A stretch of DNA of 64,000 bases from the human T2T-CHM13v2.0 reference genome, Homo sapiens. The stretch lies in NCBI RefSeq assembly GCF_009914755.1, contig NC_060937.1. One strand, given 5' to 3'. Position 1 is the stretch's first letter; each line of letters starts with the position of its first letter. Positions 52,274 to 64,000 of this stretch are shown here, piece after piece. The position numbers and the translations under genes are program-made. The notes under the pieces are model-generated. The model searched no databases. It saw nothing but the letters and a program-made list of their open reading frames with translations, and was not told where the DNA came from.

Positions 52274-52899
52274 GATAAAATTAATAAGCCAATAATGGAG
52301 ATACAATGGAATCATTTAAAAAACAATACAAGAGAAAGCAGGAAAAGCGAGGGAAAGGAACAAAGAACAAATGGTACAAATAGAAAACAACTAGCAAGAT
52401 GGTAGATATAAATCTGACCAGATCAGTAATTGTATTAAATAAAAATGACCTAAACAATACAAAGTGCAGAAACTCCCAGATTGGATAAAGCAGCAAAATT
52501 CAACAGTATGCTATCTAAGTAGTATAGGGTTATAGTGACAAGTCAGTCAGTCTAGATGTTTTGAAAAGGAGAAAACCATCAAATGGTCACATAAATTGAA
52601 GTCTTGGAAACACTGCCATTTAATCTGGCAATGAGGAGGACATAAGTCATCCTAGGCTGGGCACTGTCTTCATCCTTGGTTTCGGCACCACAATTTTCTC
52701 TTTATTGTACCACTAACTATCCTTTTCTGTTACTTCCACACTTAAATATTGGGGATTACGAGCTAGACCTCTATCTTTACAAACAGTATATTAAGAGTTA
52801 TAAGACAAATATGTCCAGGTTGCCATGGGAAAATGAAGCCATGGGTCTTTCCGGGGGAAGGCAGGAAAAGCTTAGATGGAGGGATTCCTAAGCTAAGAC

Positions 52900-53086
<187 letters not shown>

Positions 53087-53847
53087 TGAATACCATATAT
53101 TATGATATGAGAACATTATAGTCACAAGATGTCAATACATTCTGGGAGACCTGAAGGCTTGGGTTAGCAATAGTTCTGATCAGACTTTACCCATAGGTAA
53201 TACCTTTTGTGAAGGCTGTTTTCTTGTGGACCATATTCCTAGGGAAATATGTAGGTATTAAGGAGGAAACATTTACCAACACACGTAGGAGGATAACCTG
53301 ATAATATTAAGTGGCAGCCTCTCAAATGAACCCCAGGCTTCTATACATACAGTTTGGCCATACATAGAGCCAGCATTCTTAACTGTTCAATAATCACCTC
53401 TTCATTACTTATTCCCATCCTACAGGTGGATATCTTAGATGTCAAGAGCAATAATTTACCCCTTTGATCTATATTAATCTTGAATGTGCCCCTAGCCCCA
53501 GCAAACATTAAATTTTCAAAACACCATGGCCACGTGTCACCCTCAGAGGCGATACTCAAACATATGGCCCCATCTGCAAAAATAACTAAAATACCTGCAC
53601 TAGAGTTAGACGCTGACTACACACAATCTAGCACCTGCCAGAGGCCTCGTGAAAACACCTGGTATTTAAGGCAAGTAGTCTAGTGGACCTGCCAGCTATT
53701 CCCTCTTCCACGCTGTCCACGTCACGTCCCTGCTAAAGCTAATCACCTAAAAGCACAGGAGCTGGCCCAAGGAGGACCCGGCAGAAATGCCTCCCTGCTT
53801 TATGATTGGACCATCTGCTAGGTGAGCTTACTTCAGGAAAATTGTAA

Positions 53848-54186
<339 letters not shown>

Positions 54187-54481
54187 TGAAAGTTATATAC
54201 CTCAAATGTTATCTTTTTGTCTGTCATTCCTTCTGGGAAACTCAGTTCCCAATGACAGGCCTAGCTCTTCTTGTTTGTCTGGAACTACTGACACTGTTTC
54301 CTCCTTTGTTAAGTCAAATGGGTCTGACTGGCGTGGCTTCCCCTTACTTAGAGCAAGTGGAACTCTGGGGCCTACAACAGTGCAAATTATCTTAGCCTCT
54401 AGCATGAAATTCGTATTTCATATCTTGTTCTAACTCTCTTTCCCTCTCCTGTATGCATGCGGCATGCACACCAAGCCATAC

Positions 54482-54568
54482 CGGAGCATCCTGACTCATC
54501 AGGTAAGCGCCATGGCCCTGGGTCACGGCTTCTAGGTACTCTTGCTGGGCTTCTTCCTTCTCTTTAAT
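54482..54568 (-). CDS. PARP4: PARP4 exon 17 (VIT)
   Basis: IKEKEEAQQEYLEAVTQGHGAYLMSQDAP; 87 bp; AG/GT. Confidence 0.96.
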
Positions 54569-55351
54569 CTGGAAAAGATGAGTTTTAAATCATTCCTTAC
54601 ATGAAGAGTGACTTCAGGCTTTAATGAAGAAAACAACATCAATGTTTACTAAAACCCAGGCAAAAACTAAAAACTGAGTCTAAGATGAATGGAAACTTAA
54701 ATAAAGTGATCATCGAAATATACTTATCTGATAAGAACTTGAACCAGAAAAGGCCAACTAAAGAGAAGTCTCTTTCAGTTGGGATCAAAATATTTCAGAA
54801 TCAATAGTGAAAAAAATTTTTCTGGTTGGGAGTTTATGTGGAACAAAACATAATAATTACTTTAAATTTGGGAAATTGTAGTTTCTAATTGTAACTGTGG
54901 ACTAATCCTTACAATAAACAAAGAATTAATCAACTGTTGTTTCTTTTCTTTTTTTTTAGAAAGTTACAATAGCTTTCATTTCAGCTCGAACCCCTGACCT
55001 CAAGTGATCCACCTGCCTCAGCCTCCTGAAGTGCTGGGATTACAGGGATGAGCCACTGCACCCGGCCCTCTTTAACTTTTCATACTGAAATCACTCTTAC
55101 GGTGCCAAGGCAAAGAATGTGCAAGACACTGAAGATGAAGACTGGACAGATGGGGGTAGAAACCCTTCATCACGGAGGGATGCTTGAGGGAGGCTCACTG
55201 CGCAAGAACTGATTCTTCAAAGAATATTCTCGTTTTATGATAAGGCTGCTACTCAACCTTGTAGCCATGGGGACTCCAAAAACAAAGGTTCTGGGAAATG
55301 GAAGCTGACTTTGAAAGCCGAGAGCGGGCACGATGCATCTTCTTGCCTTAC

Positions 55352-55483
55352 CTCTCCAACTATGTGCTTCCCATTGATGAAGGCTTCGAAGCCACACACA
55401 GCGGCCTTGTCATCCAAAGGAAAGATATATTTTGCCTCAATGGGCACGTGACTTTTATTTGTGTATGTCTGAAAAACAATGAC
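55352..55483 (-). CDS. PARP4: PARP4 exon 16 (VIT)
   Basis: VIVFQTYTNKSHVPIEAKYIFPLDDKAAVCGFEAFINGKHIVGE; 132 bp; AG/GTAAG. Confidence 0.97.
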
Positions 55484-57329
55484 CTGAAGAAGAAAAAAAA
55501 TCCATACAATTGATGAGACCACATGGACTACATTTGCAGGAACAAGGACGAACGAAAATGATTTTGCATATTTATTTGAATTTCCTTGAATTTGTATCAC
55601 GTCCCTCAAATTCCCAACCCTGGCTTCACTTCTGCAATGGAGAGCCCATGTCATGTGATAAAATGCACCAGTCCCACGGTTAGGTGGTTCATTCATGTCT
55701 GACTGGAATAGAAGCCACCTGAAGTCTTACCAACACTGACTTAGCAGACGCAATATAGCTCTTGTTAAGACAGCTGGAAAATCGCCCCTTTCGTTTTGTG
55801 GGCTTTGATGCCTCCTTCGTGCCATGTTGGCTGGAAACGATTCCAGAATAGTCCTTCTATCCTATCAGCTCTCAGGACTTGGCCTTTCCTCCTGGGGACC
55901 TCTCTGTGGCTTTCCCCCTCTCTACACAGCCCTCATCTAGCTCCTCATCTCTGTGTGCGTTGGTTCTTCCAGAATCAAGTCTTCTCCACTACTCTCTGTT
56001 GTCTCTATTATCTAATTAATCTTTCCAACAGACTGTTTTCATCACTCCCTCACTCAGGAAAAGGCGGGAGGCTTTAAATATTTGAAAATTAAGAAAAAAC
56101 TCCTCAGACATACAATAAACAGTAAGATTTTAAACATGTGACAATAATAAGGCAAAAATATTTAATGATCTGTAATCAATAATCCAGGGAAGACACCAAA
56201 ATGAAAAATTTAAAAAAAAAATCTAACTTATTTGAAAACATTGTCCACACCTGGATTTGCTGCAAGCTTGGCTGCCCCTAGGGTGTGTAGGGTGCCAGGC
56301 AAAATTTTTCAAGGAGTCCTTGTTAATATGAGCAATTTGAGTCTCCCCAAATCAGCAGGTCAGCACCGTCCTAGAGACAGAATCTCTTGCCATCCTGCAA
56401 ATGAACACCTTGCTGGCCAGTGGGTAGGATTCCTGGAATCCCGGTCTGGCCAGCCACCCAAGAGGAGGCAAACGTGCGTCCTGGAGTTTCTCAGCGATCT
56501 GGGCTATGCTGCCTGCAATGACTGCTTAGAGTGTGCCTGGTGAGGAGGCACCAGGACTGGGGCCCACCTAGTACTGACTGGGGGGACGTCAGACACTGTC
56601 CCCTTGACCGTGCACGGAACTCCTTCTCATCCTGTCTTGGATTTCCTCAGTTTTACGAAACCCTCAAAGGCATGTATGCTTGCCCTGAGTTTGATGATCA
56701 GGATCACTATCTAATTGTACTTGGTGTAGACTAATGTTTCTTCCTACTCAGTAGCCTTCCTGCCTGTTCTAGTTAGCAGGCCCGCCTTTGCGCAGGAGTC
56801 CCCAGACATCAGGCCGGTGGCAGCTGCACTCTCTTTTCATATCACACTGTGTGGCTGGGCACTCACAAAGGTCAATAATTTTAGATAACGATAATAAAAG
56901 TATTTTTACCAGGCCTTAGAACAGAAACTAATATAATGTAACAAATTTTGACATCTTAATTTTCTTCCATTAGATAAAACCATGATGTAACTAAGCTTAA
57001 CATCATCAATTTATTCCAAGAAGGGTCAAAATGTATGAGCCATGCACATATAAGAATCTACACCCCAGCCTCTGCTTGGATACTCAAGCTAAATCTACAG
57101 TCTGGCTGTTTCATCAAAAAATGAGTGAGAAATTCACTGCTAAATCGAGTTATTTTGGGGCAAACTTCCCCAGGGAACAGGCCTCTTCGGGTTTGAAATA
57201 TCAAATGGTACAAGTCATCTAATCCCAAGTAAGGCATGGAGGACACACGCCTCTCCCTGTAACCTCGTCATAATTTGTTGTGCACACAAAAACAATGCCC
57301 TAAGTCCTTTATATTTATTAGATTGAATA

Positions 57330-57710
57330 GCCACTACACTGATGGGCAGATATTATTATTTCCATTTTACACATGAGGAAAACGAGGCAAAAGAGTTAAG
57401 TAACTTTCCCAAACTCACAGCACTAGAAAGAATAAACAAGAATTCAAAGCTAAGCCTTACAAACTCTGGATCCTTTGCTTTGTATGATCTACCATGCTGC
57501 ACTATGGTGTACTGGTTAAGAATCTGGACGCTGGAATCAGAATGATCTGAGTTCAAATTTGGGCTTTATCATATTGTTTGTCTCTGGGCCTCAGCTTCTT
57601 CTTCCAAACAATGGGCATAATTATAGCACTTGGCCCATGGAGTCTGAGAGAATTAAGTACTGCATGTGGAAAACTCGGCTGAGGGCCTGACTCTTAAGAA
57701 ATGGTAACCA
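57330..57710. mobile_element. Two MIR fragments in opposite orientation
   Basis: ccattttacacatgaggaaaacgaggc and ggttaagaatctgg...tctgggcctcagcttc. Confidence 0.7.
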
Positions 57711-58351
57711 TTATGTTTACAGATCCTAAGTGGTGCCAAAGGGATTGGTGGAAATGGAACATGTCCCATGAGCCCACAGCTGGGTCTTTTCAAAGTCTAT
57801 GACTTTGCTCTGAGCTGCCTTGAGGATGTGTGTATGGGTCAGAGTGGGCCCAGGGGTGGAGGTCAGCTATATCCAAACTGCTCTTCTCACCCAACGCCCC
57901 GTCTCCCCAGATTAAGGTGATCACTGAAATGGAACTAATTTTCCTCTACAGGGATCAGAACATCATGGCACTGTACTTGAACGTTCTTAATCTCCTCAAA
58001 GGCCTTTATGGTTGTTCAATGCAATCTTCAGAGTCAGAAGCTGATCATGAGGCCAAATCTTAGCAAACCAATTCAATTTTAGAAAACCAAAAACTTAACT
58101 TTCCAAGCTCTACCACTGCATCTGGCCACTTGGCACCCCTGAAACGCTGCCTTCCATCCTGTGACTGTGGATGATGAACCTGCTGCGAGCTCCTGGCTGC
58201 GGCCCCAGCACCTGCATTAGATAACCCTCCTGTGATGCTTGTCTTTTGCTTTGACCAGTTCTTACTCACTTGGTATTTAATGCTCTTTCTGAGCTTCAGT
58301 GCAGATAATTTAATAAGGTGGGGTTTTCTCCTTCTCTTTCAACACCCTGAG

Positions 58352-58682
58352 TTTTTTTTTTTTTTTTTTTTGAGACAGGGTCTCACTCTATCACCCAGGT
58401 TGGAGTGCAGTGGTGCGATTTTGGCTCATTGCAACCTCTGCCTCCTCCAACCTGCCCTCCTGTGACTTTGCCCATTCTAGTAATGGCAAGCCATCCTCCC
58501 ATCTCGACCTCCCAAGTAGATGGGACTACAGGTGTACGCCACTGCGCTCAGCCAATTTTTGTAGAGATGGGGTTTCTCCATGTTCCCCAGGCTGGTCTGG
58601 AACTCCTGAGCTGAAGCAATCCTCCTGCCTCAGCCTCCCTCCCAACGTCCTGGGATTACAGGCATGAACCACCGCACTGGCC
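58352..58682 (-). mobile_element. AluJ carrying a non-Alu insert
   Basis: Alu dimer; CACCCTG repeated on both flanks; insert at 58447-58489. Confidence 0.88.
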
Positions 58683-59079
58683 ACCACCCTGGTATTTATG
58701 ATAGCAAAATGTGTATATTTTAGTAGCTAACAAAGGTTTGGGAGAACAGTAGAATTCATCTCTCTCTGGGAAGAAAGTGCTTTGAGCACTGCCTGGCACA
58801 ACATAAGGGCAATATACATGTTTGTTACAAAGAAATGTTAAATAAATAAGGGCATAATAAAGTTCTAAATTGAGTCTTTGGAGATATTTCGATAAACGTA
58901 AAATTCAGAACAGTTTACCAGGAAAGTCTTTTCAACAATGTTTCCTATTTATGCAATAAAACATAGAGAAGGGTATAGAGAAGGAAGCAGTTCCAGCAAT
59001 TCCCCTCTCCCAGGTCGCCAGGTTTCCCTCCTGCGCTGACTCCCACACATGCTGTTGTTTCTTGCATCTTAAAATGAGA

Positions 59080-60820
59080 AAGAAAATACTCAACCCCACT
59101 TCTCTTCAGCTGCTGTCTCATCTTCTCTCCTCTGTCTCCCAGTTCTTCCTCCCATTCCCTCTTGAACTCACTCTGATCAGCCTTTCACCCCCACCACACC
59201 ATCAAAAGGCAAAGGTCACCAACAATCTCATTGCTAAATCCAGTGATCAGGGCTGGGTTGTTATTCATGAGACCCACCAGCCTCCCCTCCCTGTTCAGCT
59301 GTCCTCGTGTGTCTCCACAGCCGCTCCCTCCTGGTCTCTGTGGCTGACTCAGCCTCCTCCCCTACGTCTCCACGTTGGCCTCTGTGCTCTACTGATTCTC
59401 TGGGTGTTTAATCTGGGCTCATGACTTTAAACACTATGTGAATGCTGCTGACTCCCCACTTATAAGTCCAACTGGGGTCTCCTCCCTGGTCCTATGTAGT
59501 CACAAGACCTACTTGGCCAAAGATAAACTCCTGATGGCCCCCAACCTGCCCTCCTGTGACTTTGACCATTCTAGTAAGTGCAAACATGATCCTTCTAGTT
59601 ATTCAGGGCAAACACTCTGCTGTCTTCCTGGGCCGCTGTCTTTCTCTTGTGTCCCGTCCCCACCAGCAAATCTGATTGGCTCTGCTCTCAGGCCTTGGCG
59701 GACTCCATCACTTCCTACACCCCCACTGCAAACCTTCTTCTCCACATCACCAGGTCCCTTAACTGAATTGTCAATCGTCTCCTCTATGTGATGTGACGTT
59801 GGGCCCGCTGTGTCACCTTCAGTACTGAGACTGCTAGGAGTGTCACCTGTGGGGCGCCTCCCCAGGAACCGTCCTCAGCCAAAGACAAACTGCCTTAGCC
59901 AAGGTTCTGACCCCTCCCTGGAGCAGCCCACATCCCAGGACTGGCCCCAGTGGGGCTACAAAGCCCGGCCCCCTTGCCTTGATTCAGACCTTCTCTCAAG
60001 GACCACTCTGGCCCAGAGCTTCCCCCAAGATCATCTGAGGACTCTGTTGTCTCCTCGGCCACGTCCTGCCTCCCTCACTCCCTCACAGGTGCGGCTCCTG
60101 CAGGCACAGTCCCACAGGCTTCCTGAAAACAAATTCCATCCAGAGTCTGCTTTCTAGGGAACTTGACCTAACATTTCTCCCACTGGGCCTCTTCCTACTG
60201 TTCCCAACATGGTGGCCAGAGTGAGCTGGTTAAAACAGGTCTGTTCATGTCATTCCTCTGCCAAACATCTAGAAGCTTCCATTTCACTCAGAGTCAAGGA
60301 CAGCATGACCTGTGTGCTGATGTGAGAGCCCCTCACCTCTCTGACTCAGTCCCCATGCACTCTCCCCTTTCCACCCCACTGCAGCCACAGTGCATCTCCT
60401 TGGCGCGCCTGGGCCAGATCAGCCTCCTTCCTACCTCTGAGCCTTGGCATGTGATGTTCCCGCTGCCTGGAATAAGCATCCCCTGACGTCCACACAGTTT
60501 AGCCCCCACTTCCTTCAGGTCTGTATGCAGATGTCACCTTCTCAGGGAGGCCTCCATGGCCATTCTGTTTACAGGTTCAAAGCCCCTGTCTTTCACAGCT
60601 CCTATCTGTGAAAGCAGCTCCTCCTGCTTTCCTTTTTCTCTTTAGCACCTGTCACCACCTGACATGTTATGTGTTTCACTCTTTCATCATGATTATTGCC
60701 TACTCCCCCACACAGTGTGTGCTCCACAAGGGCAGAGCTTTTGTATTGTGCACTGCTGGATGCTCAGAGCCTAGCTAGTCCCTGGCGTGGAGTGCTCAGT
60801 GAATATCTCTTGAATAAAAT
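59080..60820 (+). mobile_element. L2 (LINE-2) fragments with an MLT-like LTR insert (about 59790-60170)
   Basis: aaggtcaccaacaatctcattgctaaatccagtg; ttcaggtctgt...atgtcaccttctcagggaggcc; gtgctcagtgaatatctcttgaat tail. Confidence 0.75.
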
Positions 60821-60929
60821 ACATTTTAGAAATCTATCTATTCCCTTCAGTTCATGCAACTGCAATCAAATTCTCATGTATGGTTTACATCCATGTAGTT
60901 TAAGTGTCATAAAGCCACAGACAACATAC

Positions 60930-61054
60930 CTGGGCTACAGTGTCTATGATTCTCCCTTTGATGTGGACATCCTCCAGAGGAACCAAGTTCCCAGAGGCAT
61001 CCTGGAGGCCGGCCTTGGTGCTGCTGGAAGTTTTGGCATCTGGTAACTGGTAAT
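60930..61054 (-). CDS. PARP4: PARP4 exon 15 (start of VIT domain)
   Basis: (D)YQLPDAKTSSSTKAGLQDASGNLVPLEDVHIKGRIIDTVAQ; 125 bp; AG/GT; phase matches exon 14. Confidence 0.96.
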
Positions 61055-61248
61055 CTAAACGTTAAAAATGTTACTATTAGCTTTCAAAACCATCCCTGTC
61101 TATTTTTGTTATCTTGATCTTTATTCCTTCTCCAAGCCTTCATGCATTTTATTTTAGGGAAAATGGACAAATAGCATTTTATGATTTTCAATAGCCAATT
61201 CTGAAAAGCAAGTGAACCCACATGAGAAAAATGAGAGGTGCCTTCTGC

Positions 61249-62930
61249 CTTTTTTTTTTTTGAGATAGCATGTCACTCTGTCACCCAAGTGGTAGTGCAG
61301 TGGCACAATCTCTGCTCACAGTAGACTCCTCCTCTCTGGCTCAGGTGATCCTCCTGTCTCAGCCTCCCGAGTAGCTGGGACTATAGGCATGCACCACAAT
61401 GCCCAGCTAATTTTTTGGTATTTTTTGTAGAGATGAGGTTTAGCCATGTTGTCCAGGCTGGTCTTGAACTCCTGGACTCAAGGGATCTACCTGCCTTGAC
61501 CTCCCAAAGTGCTGGGACTATGGGCGTGAGACACTACACCTGGCCTGCCTTTTTTTTTGTTTTTTAAAGACCCTTCAGCTTAAATTTTTTTTTCTTCTTT
61601 TCTTTTTTTTTTCTTTGGTAGAGATTGGAGTTTCACTATGTTGCCCAGGCTGGTTTTGAACTCCTGTGCTCAAGTAATCCTCCTGCCTTAGCCTCTCGAG
61701 TAGCTGCGACTACAGACATGTGCTCTTCTGCCTTTTTAATGTAGAGACTGTGGGGTGTCCTCCTGAAAACACAGCATTACTTGACATACATTTAAACATA
61801 CACACAAATACACAGAGGTCTTCAGACTGTCTGAAGTGTGGCTGAAGCCTGAATCCAGGTGTCTGCATTCCCTGGCTTATAGTGTGGAAGGGCTCGGTCA
61901 CTATTATTTATGGTGCCACACAAGCATTTTGGGATGGCATCAAACAACGTAGATTTTCAATCCAAGGAAGACTGAATCAACTCCTATGGCAGCATATTGA
62001 AAAATGTACACATCCTATTCTAAGTGGCACAAACATACAGATAAGGTTAGGAAATATAAATACATATTGTCTTGCCAGATATTTCACTTAATGACTCCCA
62101 GAGAAAAAACTGGAGTCACCCCTGAACACACATGAACTCATGCGTTTCTGACAAAAAATAATTTGAGCATGGTCAAAAATGTTAATGTGTTCTTACAGTC
62201 CTACTAATTAATACTGTAATTGTTTGGCCTCATGATACTCTGAGAAGTGAATATCCTCTTGTATGCTCGCACTACTACGGCTAACACACGCACCACACAT
62301 GGCAATTTACTCAGTGCCTTCAATTTCCCCTTCAGCCCTTACAGCAATTCTGTCATGCGGGTACTGCTCTCATTCCCATCGGAGAGAAGGTGGAGCGCAA
62401 AAGGTCATGCAGTTTCAAAACTGCAAGGTGGCAGGGCGACACTCAAACCCTGGGCTTCCTGGCTCTACAGCGGCTCTGCTGTCTGCTCTCCCGACCCCAT
62501 TACACTTTCTGCACCATGACATCTTAGCAAGGTTCCACAAGTTTTAGCCTTGGCTATTCCTGAAGCGAATAAGCTCAACTTCAGTGTGTTAATGAAGTCA
62601 CATGGAATTTCTCAATCATCCTAGTTGTTATGTACGCAAGATAAAAAAGGAAATGAGGCTGGCCATGGTGGCTCATATCTGTAATCCCAGCATTTTGGGA
62701 TACCAAGGCAGGAGGATCGCTTAATGCCAGGAATTTCAGGCCAGCCTAGGCAACATAGTGAGAATTTGTCTCTAAAAAAAAAAGTCACGGATGGTAGTCC
62801 TAGCTACTCAGGAGGCTGAGTCAGGAGGATCATTTGAAACCCAGGAGTTTGAGGCTGCAGTGCACTTTGATCACACACTGTACTCCAGCCTGGGGGACAG
62901 AGTGAGACCCTGTCTCAAAAAAAAAAGAAA
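61249..62930. mobile_element. Alus: about 61249-61545 (-), 61590-61720 (- monomer), 62657-62930 (+)
   Basis: Alu consensus matches. Confidence 0.85.
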
Positions 62931-63160
62931 TATATATATTTTAAAATTAAGTGCTTTATTTTGATACTAGGCAGAGGGGTTTGACTGATGTTAACACTGA
63001 GAGAAATTTGTGGGAAACAATTTTGAGATTGAAAGGAAACGAAATACTTATGGATGAGGTCATAGATATAACAAATGCAAATATACATTCCATTGAAAAT
63101 ATAACATTTGAGGTCTATAAATATAATAACATAAAACAGCATTCAAGAAAATTGTCCTAC

Positions 63161-63317
63161 CTTCAACCTTTGAAAAATTTGAAAACTCAGGTCTGTATTC
63201 CTCTAATTCAGTATGATCACTAGGATGAAAGTCCTTTATCTGATCTCCAGGCATGGAAAATTTAATAATATATTTCATTTTAACCTGATTGGTTTTATAG
63301 ACAACAAATTCATCATC
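63161..63317 (-). CDS. PARP4: PARP4 exon 14 (end of catalytic domain, DEFVVY motif)
   Basis: DDEFVVYKTNQVKMKYIIKF...FSNFSKVE+G; 157 bp; canonical AG/GT. Confidence 0.96.
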
Positions 63318-63552
63318 CTAGAGCAAACAGAAATCAGTAGGTGATTAACAACAGAAGCAACAAAAAACCTGTATTGGCAGATGTTTTCATAAAAGCATGT
63401 TTGCTAATTTAGAAAATGTTGAATTAATTCATGCAGTAAATATATAACAATTATTTAAACTTAAGCATATTTAATGAAAATAGGAGCAAAAAACTAAGGC
63501 CTTTCTTTGAGCATTCAAGACCCTCTTTGCTTCTTCCTTGAAATAAAAATAC

Positions 63553-63736
63553 CTCAAAGTCTGTGGTGACAGAGGCTGTTTGTGAAACTCCATGCACACT
63601 GTCGTAGCCTGGTGGTGCTTCAGTTAAGGAAAAGTCCTTCTCATGTAAGTCCATACACTTTCCGAGGGCTACGTCACAAATGAGCAGGAGTCTGGTGCCA
63701 TCTGTCTCTCCCGGGTGTGAGTACTTGATACTTGTA
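63553..63736 (-). CDS. PARP4: PARP4 exon 13 (ART/PARP catalytic domain)
   Basis: Translates (S)TSIKYSHPGETDGTRLLLICDVALGKC...PPGYDSVHGVSQTASVTTDFE; 184 bp; AG acceptor 63737-8, GT donor 63551-2. Confidence 0.96.
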
Positions 63737-63904
63737 CTACAAGCGAAAGGAAATAAACACATATTTACAGCTTAGAGTGACTTGTCAATAACATACTATT
63801 GAAAAGACTTTCCTGGTAAACTGTTCTAAATTTTCCTATTATTGAAATATCTCCAAAGACTCAATTTAGAACTTTATTATGCACTTATTTATTTAATATT
63901 TCTT

Positions 63905-64000
63905 CTTTTTTTTTAGACAGAATTTTGCTCTGTTACTCAGGCTAGAGTGCAGTGGCATGATCATAGCTTATTGCAGTCTCCAACTCCTGGGCTCAACTGA
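63905..64000 (-). mobile_element. Alu 3' part (runs off the window)
   Basis: Poly-T plus ctagagtgcagtggcatgatc. Confidence 0.85.

Overview
Human (primate) genomic DNA, dense in Alu, L1, L2, MIR and LTR repeats. It carries the 3' two-thirds of PARP4 (vault poly(ADP-ribose) polymerase, VPARP) on the minus strand. I resolved 22 coding exons to the base (conventional exons 13-34, counted back from the last exon). All have GT-AG boundaries and matching phases, with no premature stops. They encode the end of the ART catalytic domain, VIT, vWA/MIDAS, a 1080-bp Ser/Pro-rich exon and the C-terminal MVP-binding region. The stop is at 6557-6559 and AATAAA at 6384-6389. Most other ORFs in the track are Alu, L1 or microsatellite artefacts. 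Main oddities: (1) a non-Alu 106-bp inverted duplication (99/106 identical) bracketing exons 13-15; (2) two, possibly three, homologous non-Alu segments in intron 17, one inverted, whose shared open frame and neighbourhood loosely resemble bornavirus M/G (a speculative endogenous viral element); (3) a 43-nt insertion in an Alu copied from an L2 about 1.1 kb away; (4) a candidate decayed exon in intron 30. Repeat subfamily names and comparisons to reference or viral proteins are from recall, not database searches.
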